Under the pieces are notes generated by a model. That model searched no databases. It was not told the origin of the DNA and saw nothing but the letters and a program-made list of their open reading frames with translations. The position numbers and the translations under genes were made by a program. DNA of 64,000 nucleotides from a virus (taxonomy: Duplodnaviria > Caudoviricetes): positions 1-64,000 of the IMG/VR virus record IMGVR_UViG_3300026549_000046; one strand, given 5' to 3'. Of this stretch, positions 28,434 through 39,507 are shown one piece after another. Position 1 is the first letter of the stretch; each line of letters opens with the position of its first letter.

Positions 28434-29435
28434 ATGGAATTTATATCGTTACAACCAAAAATTACTAAAGACTTTATACTTTCCAAAGTGAATCAAGAGT
28501 CTATAATGCAATACTATACAAACAATGACGTGAATAGTAAAAAACTATACACGTCATGTTTGCGCAATGACCACAAAGTAACTGTAGGCTATTACAAATC
28601 CAAATCTGGAATACTTTATATGCATGATTTTGCAACTAATGAACATATTGATTGTTGGAATCTTGTAATGAGACTTTATAATTGTAATTTTTATGAAGCT
28701 TTAAAAATAATAGCACAAGATTTTGATTTAATTAGTTCTAATGTTGTAAAAACTCAGGCTCCAAAGATTATAGAACCTTTAAAAGAAACTGAATCAGCTA
28801 ATATACAAGTTCAAATAAAAGATTTTACTAATAAGGAGTTAGAATGGTGGAAACAATTTGGGATTGACAAAAAACTTTTAAAGAAATATCATGTATTTTC
28901 TCTACAACATGTGTTTTTAAATGGGGAATTAAAGTTTACTTCTTCTGAACAGTGTCCGATTTATGGATATTATTTTGGTAAAGATAAGAATGGAAATGAT
29001 AAATTTAAAATATATTTTCCGTTTAGAAAAGATTATAGATTTATAGGAAATCTTACTCAAAAAATATTACAAGGATATAAACAATTAAGGGATTCTTCTG
29101 ATTTACTTATTATAAATAAAAGTATGAAAGATACTATGGCATGCCGTGTTTTAGGATATGATTCAGTAAGTCCTAACAGCGAAACTACTTTTCCTAATGA
29201 TAAACAAATAGAAGAGTTTAAAAAAAGATTTAAACATATTCTTATAGTGTTTGATAATGATAAGCCTGGTCTTCATAATCTTTGGTTAGTCAAAAAGAAA
29301 TATCCAGAATTAAACTATTTTTGGATTCCTAAATCTTTAGGAGCAAAAGACCTTACTGATTTAATTAAACTAAAAGGGTTGGAAGAAGTTAAAAAATTAG
29401 TAAATCAATTTATGTCTGATTATAAATTTAAATAA
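28434..29435 (+). CDS. dnaG: DNA primase (DnaG/Toprim)
   Basis: Degenerate Zn-binding N-terminus (SCLRND...HDFA), KSMKD, VFDNDKPG, AKDLTD. Confidence 0.88.
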   Translation: MEFISLQPKITKDFILSKVNQESIMQYYTNNDVNSKKLYTSCLRNDHKVTVGYYKSKSGILYMHDFATNEHIDCWNLVMRLYNCNFYEALKIIAQDFDLISSNVVKTQAPKIIEPLKETESANIQVQIKDFTNKELEWWKQFGIDKKLLKKYHVFSLQHVFLNGELKFTSSEQCPIYGYYFGKDKNGNDKFKIYFPFRKDYRFIGNLTQKILQGYKQLRDSSDLLIINKSMKDTMACRVLGYDSVSPNSETTFPNDKQIEEFKKRFKHILIVFDNDKPGLHNLWLVKKKYPELNYFWIPKSLGAKDLTDLIKLKGLEEVKKLVNQFMSDYKFK

Positions 29436-29561
29436 ATTATGGGATATTTAAACTGTGAAGATCCTTTTAAAGAATCTGCTGCAATTAGTAGAAAAATAGA
29501 AAATAAATTAAGTTGGTTTAGATTGGCTGATAAGTTGTTTAATAGTTTAAATTTGTAAATT

Positions 29562-29792
29562 ATGAAAATTAGTAAATTTATTGAAGAATTAAATTCTATA
29601 AAAGAGAAAGAAGGTGATATAGAAGTTCTTGAAAAATTTCAGGAAAAAGGAGAATATAGTTGGATTTATACAGAACCTTTTCTTAACATTAGAGATTTTT
29701 CTACAGATTGTTATTTTAAAACATTATCTATAGAAGAGAGGAAACAATATTTTGAAGATAAGAAATATGTTGAACGGTTTATAGAATTATAA
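29562..29792 (+). CDS. Hypothetical protein
   Basis: MKISKFIEEL...EGDIEV. Confidence 0.7.
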   Translation: MKISKFIEELNSIKEKEGDIEVLEKFQEKGEYSWIYTEPFLNIRDFSTDCYFKTLSIEERKQYFEDKKYVERFIEL

Positions 29793-29793
29793 A

Positions 29794-30000
29794 ATGAAAG
29801 TTTATATAGCTAAAGATTGGACAGGTTCTCATGTATTTGCAGAACCTCCAGTACTTATGAAATGTGGAGGTATGCCAGATATATGGTCTGGTCATAAACT
29901 TCCATTTAATATTGAAGGTTCTTTTGTGGAAGATGAAATTCCAAGAGGACAATATTTAGAAAGAAATATTTGGTGGTCAATAATTAATGTAATTAAATAA
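29794..30000 (+). CDS. Hypothetical protein
   Basis: Packed ORF. Confidence 0.7.
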   Translation: MKVYIAKDWTGSHVFAEPPVLMKCGGMPDIWSGHKLPFNIEGSFVEDEIPRGQYLERNIWWSIINVIK

Positions 30001-30002
30001 TT

Positions 30003-30557
30003 ATGAAGTAGAAAAAAGAATTAAATACAGCAATTAAAGTAACGTATAAAAATGGACAATCCTGTATTTATGAAAGTATTGAACAGGGTTCGGAACTTAC
30101 AGGATTATCCATTCAAACATTAAAAGTTAGAGCAAATAAGAATAGTATTCCTAAAGATGGAATACAAGTTGAATGGATTGATCCACATACTAAGAAATCC
30201 TATCAGGCTAAACGTTCGAAGAAAAAGGGTAGTCAATTTGAACTTGATGTGATACATAAGCTTAATGAAATAGGCTATAACACAGTTAGTTCAAGGTCAA
30301 ATAGTAAAAATTTGGATAATATGAAGATAGATGTTGATGATTTAGAGGGAAATTTACCTTGTTATCTTCAAATGAAAGCAACACAATCTACTCCTTCATA
30401 TTTTAAAATAGCAGAAGAATGCCCTTTAAAAGATAAGCCTTTTGTAGTTTGTTGGAAAAAACAAGATAAAGACGGAGGACAATCTCCAGGTACAGTTTTT
30501 ATTGCTCCAATTGAGATGTTATATGATTATTTAAGTTTAAAATTAAAAAATGCTTAA
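30003..30557 (+). CDS. Holliday junction resolvase-like PD-(D/E)XK nuclease with N-terminal NUMOD1-like HTH; TAG at codon 3
   Basis: ATG AAG TAG AAA... stays open for 184 codons. SKKKGSQFELDV...KIDV...YLQMK. The ORF track start at 30249 cuts off the KG..FE motif. Confidence 0.8.
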
Positions 30558-30783
30558 TAAATATATTTATGCTGAGGCTACTCAAGATTATTGGCCTCAA
30601 ATTAAAACATTCTCTGCAAAATCTTATAATGATTGTGTAGAAAAGTTGATAATGCAATATGGTAATGAACTAGAAGATGATAAAATTCTTGACACTATTG
30701 AAGATTGGGAACAGTTAAGAGAATATCTTAATGAAAACTATACAATTGCATTATCAGATTTAGAAATTTATGAAGAAATATGA
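30550..30783 (+). CDS. Hypothetical protein
   Basis: Packed ORF. Confidence 0.7.
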   Translation: MLNKYIYAEATQDYWPQIKTFSAKSYNDCVEKLIMQYGNELEDDKILDTIEDWEQLREYLNENYTIALSDLEIYEEI

Positions 30784-31319
30784 TAAATAAACGACTTAGA
30801 TGCGGATTTGATCTAGATGATACTATATTTGGATTTTCACAAGGGTATTTAAAAAGGTTTAAAAGATGGCCTAAATATGACTGGGCTATTACAAGAAATG
30901 TAACCCATATTCTTATTAATGAAAGAGATTTTTGGATAAATCTTCCAGTAATAAGAAGGCCTGATTTTGAACCCACACTCTATTGTAGTTCAAGGGTAAA
31001 TAAAAAATGTTGGTCAAAGAGAGCTATAGAAATTAATAATCTACCTAATAGTCCTCTTTATCAAGTACCTGGATATAATATTCCTAAGGCTAAATACATT
31101 AAAGGAAGAGTAGATGTATTTATAGAAGACAGTCCTCACCAGTGGAAAGCCCTTAATAATGCTGGAATTCCCTGTTTATTGATAGACAGTCTAAATAATA
31201 AAGAATATGGCCCAATACTAAAGATATATTCTTTAGATTATGACGAGATAGAAAATGCCTATTATCTTGGAGTTGAAACAGGCATATTTAATGAATTTAA
31301 TAAATATTTTAAATTATGA
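30780..31319 (+). CDS. HAD-family 5'(3')-nucleotidase-like protein
   Basis: FDLDDT motif I and VFIEDSP motif IV. Confidence 0.85.
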   Translation: MINKRLRCGFDLDDTIFGFSQGYLKRFKRWPKYDWAITRNVTHILINERDFWINLPVIRRPDFEPTLYCSSRVNKKCWSKRAIEINNLPNSPLYQVPGYNIPKAKYIKGRVDVFIEDSPHQWKALNNAGIPCLLIDSLNNKEYGPILKIYSLDYDEIENAYYLGVETGIFNEFNKYFKL

Positions 31320-31404
31320 CAGTTAGTGGATTTTGGGGATTCGCTACAGTAACAGTTATTGTAGTAGGATTCGTATATTATACTTATATGAAATATAAGA
31401 AATA

Positions 31405-32433
31405 ATGGAATTGGATAATAACTTAATTAAACAAATTAAGATAACTCCTTTACTAGATACTCTTAAATTAGAGGATATTGATGATGACACATATTTTAAA
31501 CAATATTCTAAAGAGTACATAAGTAATTCTCGTTTAGGAGTTCTTAAAAAGGATGGAGTAAAAGCTTTCTTTGAAGGAATTCCACAAGTTTATAATCCGA
31601 GTTTTGAAACTGGAAGTCTTATTCATCAGCAAGTATTACAGCCTGAATCCTTTGAAGTAATAGAAGGAGTATTTAAACCTACTGCAAAAGCAGGTTTAAT
31701 GGCTGATGCACTTTATAAAACTGATGGAACTATTCCAACTGATGATGAAATTAAAAGTATGTCTTATAAAATTGGATATTATAAAGACAAACTTACTTCT
31801 AATAGACTTAAAGAATTTAGAGAAAAAGCAGAACCTTATTGGAGAGATAGATTTTTATATGAGACAAATAATCCTTTTAAAGAGGGGGATAAAAAACGTA
31901 TTTATACTGATGAAAGGAATTTTAATTTATTAACAAGTTGTTTAAAAACATTAAATGAAAATTCAGATATTCAGAGATTACTTCATCCTATGGGTATTGT
32001 GGATGCTCCAATTATGGGGAACGAGAAAACTATTCTGTTGGATATTCAGATGGAAGTTCCTGGAATAGAACCTAGGGTTTATAAATTAAAAGCTAAACTT
32101 GATAATTTTAGTATAGATACTGAAGAAAATATTATAACTGTTAATGATTTAAAGACTACTAGCAGGCCTGCTGTACAATTTGATCCTACATTCTTTAGTT
32201 ATCAACGCGAAATAGCGTTCTATAGCTATCTTCTTAAACAGGTAACGAAGAAATACTATAATATAGACAAACCTACTATTAAAGGCAATTTCTTAGTTGT
32301 ATCTACAGTTCCAGATTATAATACATTGGTATATCCAATGACTTCTAAATTATTTAAGTCTGGGATTATGGAGGCACAGTATCTTCTTCGATGCATAGCA
32401 TACTTTAATCAAGTTAAGGGGTATGAATTTTAA
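31405..32433 (+). CDS. PD-(D/E)XK exonuclease (RecE/ExoVIII-like)
   Basis: ISNSRL, GSLIHQQVL, KAKLD, NDLKTT, YQREIAFY. Confidence 0.85.
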   Translation: MELDNNLIKQIKITPLLDTLKLEDIDDDTYFKQYSKEYISNSRLGVLKKDGVKAFFEGIPQVYNPSFETGSLIHQQVLQPESFEVIEGVFKPTAKAGLMADALYKTDGTIPTDDEIKSMSYKIGYYKDKLTSNRLKEFREKAEPYWRDRFLYETNNPFKEGDKKRIYTDERNFNLLTSCLKTLNENSDIQRLLHPMGIVDAPIMGNEKTILLDIQMEVPGIEPRVYKLKAKLDNFSIDTEENIITVNDLKTTSRPAVQFDPTFFSYQREIAFYSYLLKQVTKKYYNIDKPTIKGNFLVVSTVPDYNTLVYPMTSKLFKSGIMEAQYLLRCIAYFNQVKGYEF

Positions 32434-32773
32434 TGAACTAAGAAACTTTTATTTTGAACATTATAGTTTAGGATATTTAAATCTTCCAGAGTCTAATGGA
32501 CATTCTCCATTTGAAAGGAAATTAATTCTTATTAGCCTTATTTGCTATATATATGATAAAAATAAGGCTAAAAATCCAGATTTAACTTATTATTCTTTAA
32601 TATATAAATTAAGTAAAAATTTAGGATTGCCAGAAAACTTTTTAAAGGGATTGGCTATAGTTTGTGAAGATTTTGCATATGGATGTAAAAATTCTTTTCC
32701 GACTTTCGGATTAGAAGGTAAAAAAATTATAGAAGAAGTAATTTCTATACTTAAAACTTATGTTCCATTCTGA
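32423..32773 (+). CDS. Hypothetical protein
   Basis: Coupled ORF. Confidence 0.75.
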   Translation: MNFNELRNFYFEHYSLGYLNLPESNGHSPFERKLILISLICYIYDKNKAKNPDLTYYSLIYKLSKNLGLPENFLKGLAIVCEDFAYGCKNSFPTFGLEGKKIIEEVISILKTYVPF

Positions 32774-32880
32774 TTTTGGTTTAAAATTAATATTAATTTT
32801 GAATTAAAAATAAAAATAATTTTTATTTTGAATATATTAAAATAATTTATAATTTAATTTAAAATTAAAAAAATAAAACT

Positions 32881-33792
32881 ATGGAAGAAATATGGAAACC
32901 AATTGAGGGATTTGATAATTATGAAGTTTCAAATTTAGGGAACGTAAAAAATATTAAAAAAGATAAAGAATTAAAGAAATAGTTAAATAAATATTATAGT
33001 GTAGGACTTTATGATAATAATGGAAAATGTCATAAAAAATTAGTACATAGATTAGTAGCATAGGCATTTATTCCAAATCCGAATAATCTATCAATAGTAA
33101 ATCATAAGGATGAAAATAAATTAAATAATAGAGTAGATAATTTAGAATGGACTACATTAGAAGAAAATATTTTATATAGTGTAAAATCTCATCCGAATGA
33201 CATTAGGTATAAAGGAGCTAGTAAAAAAATAATACAATATGATTTAAAAGGAGAATATATTAAAATATGGGATTCAATAATAGAAGCTGCTAAATATTAT
33301 AAACTTGCTGTTACTAGTATATCATATTGTTTAAATGGGAGATGTAAAAATTCTGGAGGATTCCAATGGAAGTTTTATTCGGAAAATTTTCCATTAAATA
33401 TAGAATCTTGTGAAAACAATTGTCATAGAAAAGTTAAAATAATACAATATGATTTAGAAGGAAACTATATTAAAACATGGAATTCTATTAAAGAAATAAA
33501 AAATATATTAGGAATTAAGACTCCTTACAGGATATCTGAATGTTGTAAAGGATTATTAGATAACTATAACGGATATATTTGGAAATATTATTCTGACAAT
33601 TTCTTAAAAAAAATCGAAGTAAAAAAATTAAGAATTTTACAGTATGATTTAAATGGAAATTTATTAAATATTTATGAAGATATACCAAAAGCTTTAACTT
33701 CAGTTAAAGGAGTATCAGAAAAAATGATTATAGATTGTTGTAATGGATTGAGAAAAAAAGCCTATGGATATATATGGAAAAAAGAAATATAA
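32881..33792 (+). CDS. Free-standing HNH homing endonuclease (NUMOD4-HNH plus 3 NUMOD1-type repeats), TAG-recoded; absent from ORF track
   Basis: EIWKPIEGFDNYEVSNLGNVK, VHRLVA*AFIPNP...VNHKDENKLNNRVDNLEW, three QYDL.G repeats; TAG at 32980 and 33061, TAA at 33790. Confidence 0.92.
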
Positions 33793-33959
33793 TATTTTTT
33801 TAACATTTTTTAATGTTTATATATTTTGAGGTTTTACTCTAAATAATATATTTAAATTACTTTCCTAATTGAGGAAAGAGATTCATAAAATTTAAGTAGA
33901 TAATTTTTTATGTGGAGAATAATTCTCCAATGAATAATGATAAAAAATCATAAAATTTT

Positions 33960-34499
33960 ATGGAAACTAATGTAATTTTTTCAAAGTTTGAAACAATTGG
34001 TACAACCAAAGATGAAGCAATTCGTAACGCAGCTCCCCTTAACCTTCGTGTAGACGCTACCCAAGCTTATAAGAAGTGGGCTAAGGAAAATGTGACTAAT
34101 GAAGATAATGTTAAAGAATGGATGAAGGACTATTTGAAGAAGAAGAAGTTTACAATGCCTAATGATGGTGCTTATATTGTTCTTCAAAGTGCTGTAACTG
34201 ATACTCGTGAGCGTCCTTATAAGGTAACAAAGCCTGAATATAAAACCAGAACTCATAGTCCTGAAAGATTCTATATTCTTCGTGATGCTACTGGACATGA
34301 AGTTGGTAGAGAAAAGACTTCTAAGGCTGCTGAACAAGCCGCTAAGGATTTTGTAATAGACTATAAGGAAGACATTACTATTAATGTTGAATGGGATTCT
34401 AAGGAGAAGAACTCTTTGTATGCTACAGTTAAGTATACTCCTTCTAAGGGAACTCAGAAAGCAAAATTGCTCGTTTTTGGATATAAATCTATCGATTAA
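33960..34499 (+). CDS. Hypothetical protein in its own transcription unit
   Basis: 179 aa; AT-rich promoter-like leader and strong terminator. Confidence 0.85.
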   Translation: METNVIFSKFETIGTTKDEAIRNAAPLNLRVDATQAYKKWAKENVTNEDNVKEWMKDYLKKKKFTMPNDGAYIVLQSAVTDTRERPYKVTKPEYKTRTHSPERFYILRDATGHEVGREKTSKAAEQAAKDFVIDYKEDITINVEWDSKEKNSLYATVKYTPSKGTQKAKLLVFGYKSID

Positions 34500-34524
34500 T
34501 TCAGATACTGAAAAAATCTCTATA

Positions 34525-34558
34525 AGCTGACTAGAATACTCTAGTCAGCTATTTTTTT
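34525..34558 (+). terminator. Intrinsic terminator
   Basis: AGCTGACTAG-AATACT-CTAGTCAGCT followed by ATTTTTTT. Confidence 0.85.
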
Positions 34559-34586
34559 ATTTACCACCTTTGTAAAACATTGAAAA

Positions 34587-36113
34587 ATGAATAAAATAAG
34601 TGAAAAGAAAATACATGAAATTATTGAAGACTTGAGAAAGTATAAATCATTAAATAATAAGAAGCATAAAGCACAATATTATTATCAAGCTAGACAAAAT
34701 ATTATAGATTCTGACCATCCTATCGAATTAATTAAAGAATTTTTGGATGAATATTCTAAATGTAAAAAGAATGTTACAACAAAAGAATCCATAGAAACTG
34801 ATGATAGAGCTGTTACTGATGTAGAGAGGGATGAAGAAGGAAGAATTCAATTTTATACTTTTGAAATATTTAGAAAAGATAAAAATCCAATTGTTGGAAA
34901 GTTTTCTAGAGAAGAAATGAATCTAGTGTATAGATTATATTCATATTACGGAGATTCATTAACACAACGTGTTATTTCTAGAAACTTTCCTGAATATTCT
35001 TTAATAGATTTTAAAAGAATTTTGAGATGTTTCCAAATAACAAAGAGTTCAGCTCCTTTTGCTCCCCATATGTTTGAGGAATTAAGCGAAGAAGAGTTAA
35101 GAAGTATTCAATTACGTGAAAAAGAGAATAGTTTTCTTAGAAAAGCCGAATCTGATATAATTAAAAACAATGAAAAGCTTTTAAAACAATATGCTAATGA
35201 AAATATTGAATTAAAAAGAAAATTAGAATCATTAGAATCATTTAAAATTATTTTGGATGACTCCATAAAAAGTATAAATTTAAATTATACTAAAAATAAA
35301 TCAAATTCGGATATAAACTTATATATATCAGATATACACTTAGGAGCCACAGTAACTACTGGATCTTTATATAAAGAAAATGAAAATTATGGCTTTGATG
35401 AAGCTAAAAGAAGATTAGAGTGTATATTATACAAAATTAAAGAAATTGGGTCTTATAATTGTATTAATTTAGTATTAATGGGAGACAACATTGATTGTTG
35501 TGGATTTGTTGGAAAAACATCAAGATTAGACCATACTATGCCAGAAAATATGGATGCTAGAGAACAAGCAAATAAATATATTAATTTAATGCTTTGGTTT
35601 ATAGAGTCCATAGTTAATACAAAAGAATTCTATTCTAAAATTAATGTATATTCTGTTCCTTGTGGAAATCACGGAGGAAACTTTGAATATGTATGTAATA
35701 AAGCTTTATTATCAACAATTAATGTTAAGTTTCCAGAAATAGAAACTACTTTATGGGAAGAATTTTATGGTAGTTTTGAATTAAATAATCATACCTTTAT
35801 TTGCCTTCATGGAAAAGAAGATCAATACATGAAAAAAGGATTCCCATTAAACTTAAATGATTCTACTAAAGTATTATTGTATGAGTGGATTACAGAAAAT
35901 AATATAAAATCTAAAAACCCTATACATTTTATTAAAGGAGATTTGCACTCTGATGCTTTAAATTCTTGTAAATTAATTGATTATAGAAATGTTTTAAGTT
36001 TATTTGGAGCTTCTGATTATTCTAATTATAATTTTAGTAGAAATTCATATGGAATGTCTTATGATTTATTTTTAGGAGATAATTTAATTAGAGGTACATT
36101 TAATAATATTTAA
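34587..36113 (+). CDS. Calcineurin-like metallophosphoesterase with N-terminal extension
   Basis: SDIHLG, MGDNID, GNHG, LHG, GDLH. Confidence 0.85.
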   Translation: MNKISEKKIHEIIEDLRKYKSLNNKKHKAQYYYQARQNIIDSDHPIELIKEFLDEYSKCKKNVTTKESIETDDRAVTDVERDEEGRIQFYTFEIFRKDKNPIVGKFSREEMNLVYRLYSYYGDSLTQRVISRNFPEYSLIDFKRILRCFQITKSSAPFAPHMFEELSEEELRSIQLREKENSFLRKAESDIIKNNEKLLKQYANENIELKRKLESLESFKIILDDSIKSINLNYTKNKSNSDINLYISDIHLGATVTTGSLYKENENYGFDEAKRRLECILYKIKEIGSYNCINLVLMGDNIDCCGFVGKTSRLDHTMPENMDAREQANKYINLMLWFIESIVNTKEFYSKINVYSVPCGNHGGNFEYVCNKALLSTINVKFPEIETTLWEEFYGSFELNNHTFICLHGKEDQYMKKGFPLNLNDSTKVLLYEWITENNIKSKNPIHFIKGDLHSDALNSCKLIDYRNVLSLFGASDYSNYNFSRNSYGMSYDLFLGDNLIRGTFNNI

Positions 36114-36115
36114 AT

Positions 36116-37225
36116 ATGATTAAAAATAAATTAACTAATGAAGAATTTATAGAAATTTGTAAATAGAAACACAATAATAAATATGATTATAGTAAGACAA
36201 ATTATATAAATTCCTAGACAAAAATAACCATAACTTGTCCTATTCACGGAGATTTTGAACAAAAGGCTTATGTACATAAACGCGGACAAGGATGTCCAAA
36301 ATGTGCAAAATCAGTTAAAATAACTACAGAATAGTGGATAGAAAAAGCTAAAAAAATTCACGGAAATAAATATGATTATTCTAAGTCTAAATATACTGGA
36401 GCACATAATAATATTATTATAATATGTCCTGAACATGGTGAATTTCAACAAAAAGCTTATTCTCATTTGAATGGGTAGGGATGCCCTAAATGTGCAAATA
36501 AAGTAAAAAGTAATGATGACTTTATAGAAAAAGCTAAAAAAGTGCACGGAGATAAATATGATTATTCTTTAGTAAATTATAAAGGGGCTTTTAATCCTAT
36601 AAGAATTATTTGTCCCATACATGGAGAATTCAAACAAAAACCAAGAGATCACGTTTAGGGGTGTGGTTGTCCAAAATGTGCTAGAAATATTAAATTAACA
36701 ACTGAAACATTTATTGAAAAAGCTAGAAAAATTCATGGAGATAAATATGATTATAGTAAAGTTAATTATATAAATAATCATACTAAAGTGTGTATTATAT
36801 GCCCTGAACACGGAGAGTTTTGGATGAAACCTAATAATCATATAAATGGACAAGAACAAGGTTGTCCCAAATGTTCCGAATCTCATGGAGAAAAGTTTAT
36901 AAGAACTTATTTTGTAAATAATAATATAGAATTTGAAAGAAATTATATTATAGATATAGATAAATCCATTAATAAATCTGGAACTGCTAAAATAGATTTC
37001 TATGTTCCAAAATATAATTTAGCTATTGAATATAATGGATAGCAACATTATATTCCTATGGGATTTAGTGGAGGATAGATAGCTTTTGAACATTAGTAGA
37101 AAAGAGATTAGTATATAAGAGACTACTGTAATAATAATAAAATTAAATTGTTAGAAATATCTTATGAATATAATACTCAAGAAAAAATTAATAATATATT
37201 AAATAATTTTTTTAAAAACTTATAA
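36116..37225 (+). CDS. Putative homing endonuclease: 4 Zn-binding CPxHG...GCPKC repeats plus PD-(D/E)XK (Vsr/DUF559-like) domain, TAG-recoded
   Basis: 369 codons interrupted only by 10 TAG; IDFYVPKYNLAIEYNG*QHY; paralog of 44719. Confidence 0.9.
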
Positions 37226-37352
37226 TGGATAAGACAGAAGAATTATTAGAAAGATGTTTTAAATGCAAAAGTTATCAAGAAGATGATTGTGGAATCTATT
37301 TTATGATGGCTTTATGGCAAAAAGAATGTCCATTTTTAAAAAATTAAATACT

Positions 37353-38039
37353 ATGATTACAAGAGATAGTATTCTTTCTAAAGCAATAGAAGAATGTATG
37401 AAGGAATTATATTCTTTAGCCCTTCCTTCTATTTCTTGGGAAGATTTTATAGAGGAAAATAGAATATATAGAGAAAGAGAAAAAAAGTGGGTAAATCTTC
37501 CCAAAGAAAATAAAATTTCTCATATAGAATATTGTGGTCCAAAGCCATTTGAATTTTACTATATTCCAAAAGAAATAATGAAGGATATAGTAGACTCCTA
37601 CATTTATTCATATAAATTAGATCAAAAACAAGAATTGCTTGATACTATAGAAATTCTTAAAAATTACTGTAAAGATCCTGTAGTTGATAAATATATTGAA
37701 GAAGAAAATGGAAGTTCTAGATATAAAGAGTACGAACATTGTGATAATTTAGAAACAGAGTTAAATCAATTATTTAAAGAATATTTTGGAGATTCAGAAA
37801 CCGATTCTCATTATGTTGGCAAAGAAGTTCAAAACAAATTCTTTGAATTTCTTGATATGGCAGGAAAATTTTTTAACTGGAATAGTGAATTAAATTATTT
37901 TAGTACATCTATATATTTAGGAGCAAGTCCTAATTCTAATAAAGAAGCAGTTATAGAAAATTGGAAGAAATATAGAAATCAAGATATTGAAATTAATGAA
38001 GAACAAATTAAAAAAGAGTATTATGGTGACAATGAATGA
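37353..38039 (+). CDS. Hypothetical protein
   Basis: Likely ATG at 37353 within track ORF 37287. Confidence 0.8.
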   Translation: MITRDSILSKAIEECMKELYSLALPSISWEDFIEENRIYREREKKWVNLPKENKISHIEYCGPKPFEFYYIPKEIMKDIVDSYIYSYKLDQKQELLDTIEILKNYCKDPVVDKYIEEENGSSRYKEYEHCDNLETELNQLFKEYFGDSETDSHYVGKEVQNKFFEFLDMAGKFFNWNSELNYFSTSIYLGASPNSNKEAVIENWKKYRNQDIEINEEQIKKEYYGDNE

Positions 38040-38394
38040 TGTTATAGCTTTTATTGAAAAGGCTATGAAAGAAAATTTAGATATAGAAACTCGTATTAGA
38101 GAGCCTAAAGAATATAATCAGTATCTAATTTATATTGGTTTTAATAAAGAAAAGTGTGTTACAATTGAAGTATTTTCTGATAAATATAATAGAAGATATA
38201 TTGAATTAAGAAAAACAGCATTAGATCCTCTAACTATAGAAATATCTGAAATGGATGTAGCTTTATTTAAAGTAGAATTTCTCAAAATTCAGGAATATTC
38301 TAAAAATAAAGTGATAGAATATTTTAATAATTTCTTTGACACAGATGAAGCTAAACCAACTACAATTAATGATTTAGATAACGAAGATGATTGA
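38032..38394 (+). CDS. Hypothetical protein
   Basis: Likely ATG at 38032 within track ORF 37987. Confidence 0.7.
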   Translation: MNDVIAFIEKAMKENLDIETRIREPKEYNQYLIYIGFNKEKCVTIEVFSDKYNRRYIELRKTALDPLTIEISEMDVALFKVEFLKIQEYSKNKVIEYFNNFFDTDEAKPTTINDLDNEDD

Positions 38395-38506
38395 AGATAT
38401 ATTAGAAGGAGCCGAACAAGCTTTAGTTAATTTAGAAGGAATAGCAAGTCAAGAAGATATTAATGCTATTCAAAGATTAATTAATTTTGTACAGGAGGAA
38501 TATTAA

Positions 38507-39292
38507 ATGGAACTACAATTATCAGAATTGCTCGCAGGCCGCGCTACGAGAATAAAAAATAAAGAATATTACCCCACTAGTGCGTATGTTGAGCCTTTTC
38601 TTGAAAGAGTTAATAAATTAACCAATAATATAAGAATTAATGCAGTTACTCCGTCCCAAATAACATATACAGGAGATGGAAATCTTAGCACAGAAGATAT
38701 TACATATAATAGAGTAACTATTGAAGCTATTCTACCAGATACTATGAAGATAAATAATGATGAACATAAGGAGGTTATTGGAATGGTATATGGACTAGAT
38801 GTAAGAAAACCTGTAGTTAAGTTTTTTCATGCACGAGAAAGATGTGTTTGTACTAATATGTGTGTCTTTTCACCGTCTTTGTTGGCGTGTCAAGATTTAG
38901 AACCAGAGACTGCTATAGATTTTAGACCTCTTGATAGAATAATTGAACAAACTGATGATACTGTTGCACAACTAAAGAAACTTCTTGAAATGGAGTTCAA
39001 ATGTGATGAATATAATATTAACGAATCTTTGGGCAAGTGGATTAGAAATTGTATTAATTATTCTTATGATAATCATTATGGTAAGGTAAAGATTGCTTGT
39101 TCTACTCCAATTGATGCTTATAAGGCTTTATTTGAAAAAGAAGATTCTGATTATTTCTTTGATAATGAACCAGTAATTTCTATGTATAATATTTATAATG
39201 CCTTTACTCAAATAATTACCGACTCTAGAAAAAAGGACTCTTTTAATGTGTTTGAAAAAACTTTATTAATTAGTGATATACTTGGAGTATGA
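38507..39292 (+). CDS. DUF932-like protein
   Basis: R.VCTN motif (RCVCTNM) and SMYNIYNAFTQ. Confidence 0.65.
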   Translation: MELQLSELLAGRATRIKNKEYYPTSAYVEPFLERVNKLTNNIRINAVTPSQITYTGDGNLSTEDITYNRVTIEAILPDTMKINNDEHKEVIGMVYGLDVRKPVVKFFHARERCVCTNMCVFSPSLLACQDLEPETAIDFRPLDRIIEQTDDTVAQLKKLLEMEFKCDEYNINESLGKWIRNCINYSYDNHYGKVKIACSTPIDAYKALFEKEDSDYFFDNEPVISMYNIYNAFTQIITDSRKKDSFNVFEKTLLISDILGV

Positions 39293-39507
39293 GTAGACAG
39301 GAGTATAATAGAAAAATTCTTACTAAGTTATGTGAATTGGTAGAAAAACATCCAGATTTAAGATTTGGACAACTTCTTGTTGATTGTGATATTATACGTC
39401 AAGAACCAAGAGCAGATGATATATTAACAATTGATCCATTCAACGAAGAATCAGAAATCACTTGGGAAAGAATGAAAAATAATAAATTAGTAACATGGCA
39501 AAATTAA
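39289..39507 (+). CDS. Hypothetical phage protein
   Basis: HPDLRFGQLL...DPFNEE motif. Confidence 0.75.
   Translation: MSRQEYNRKILTKLCELVEKHPDLRFGQLLVDCDIIRQEPRADDILTIDPFNEESEITWERMKNNKLVTWQN

Noticed and set aside
36116-36880. DGR-like template/variable repeats
   Set aside because: Repeats are in-frame protein domain repeats diverged at all bases; no reverse transcriptase in the window.
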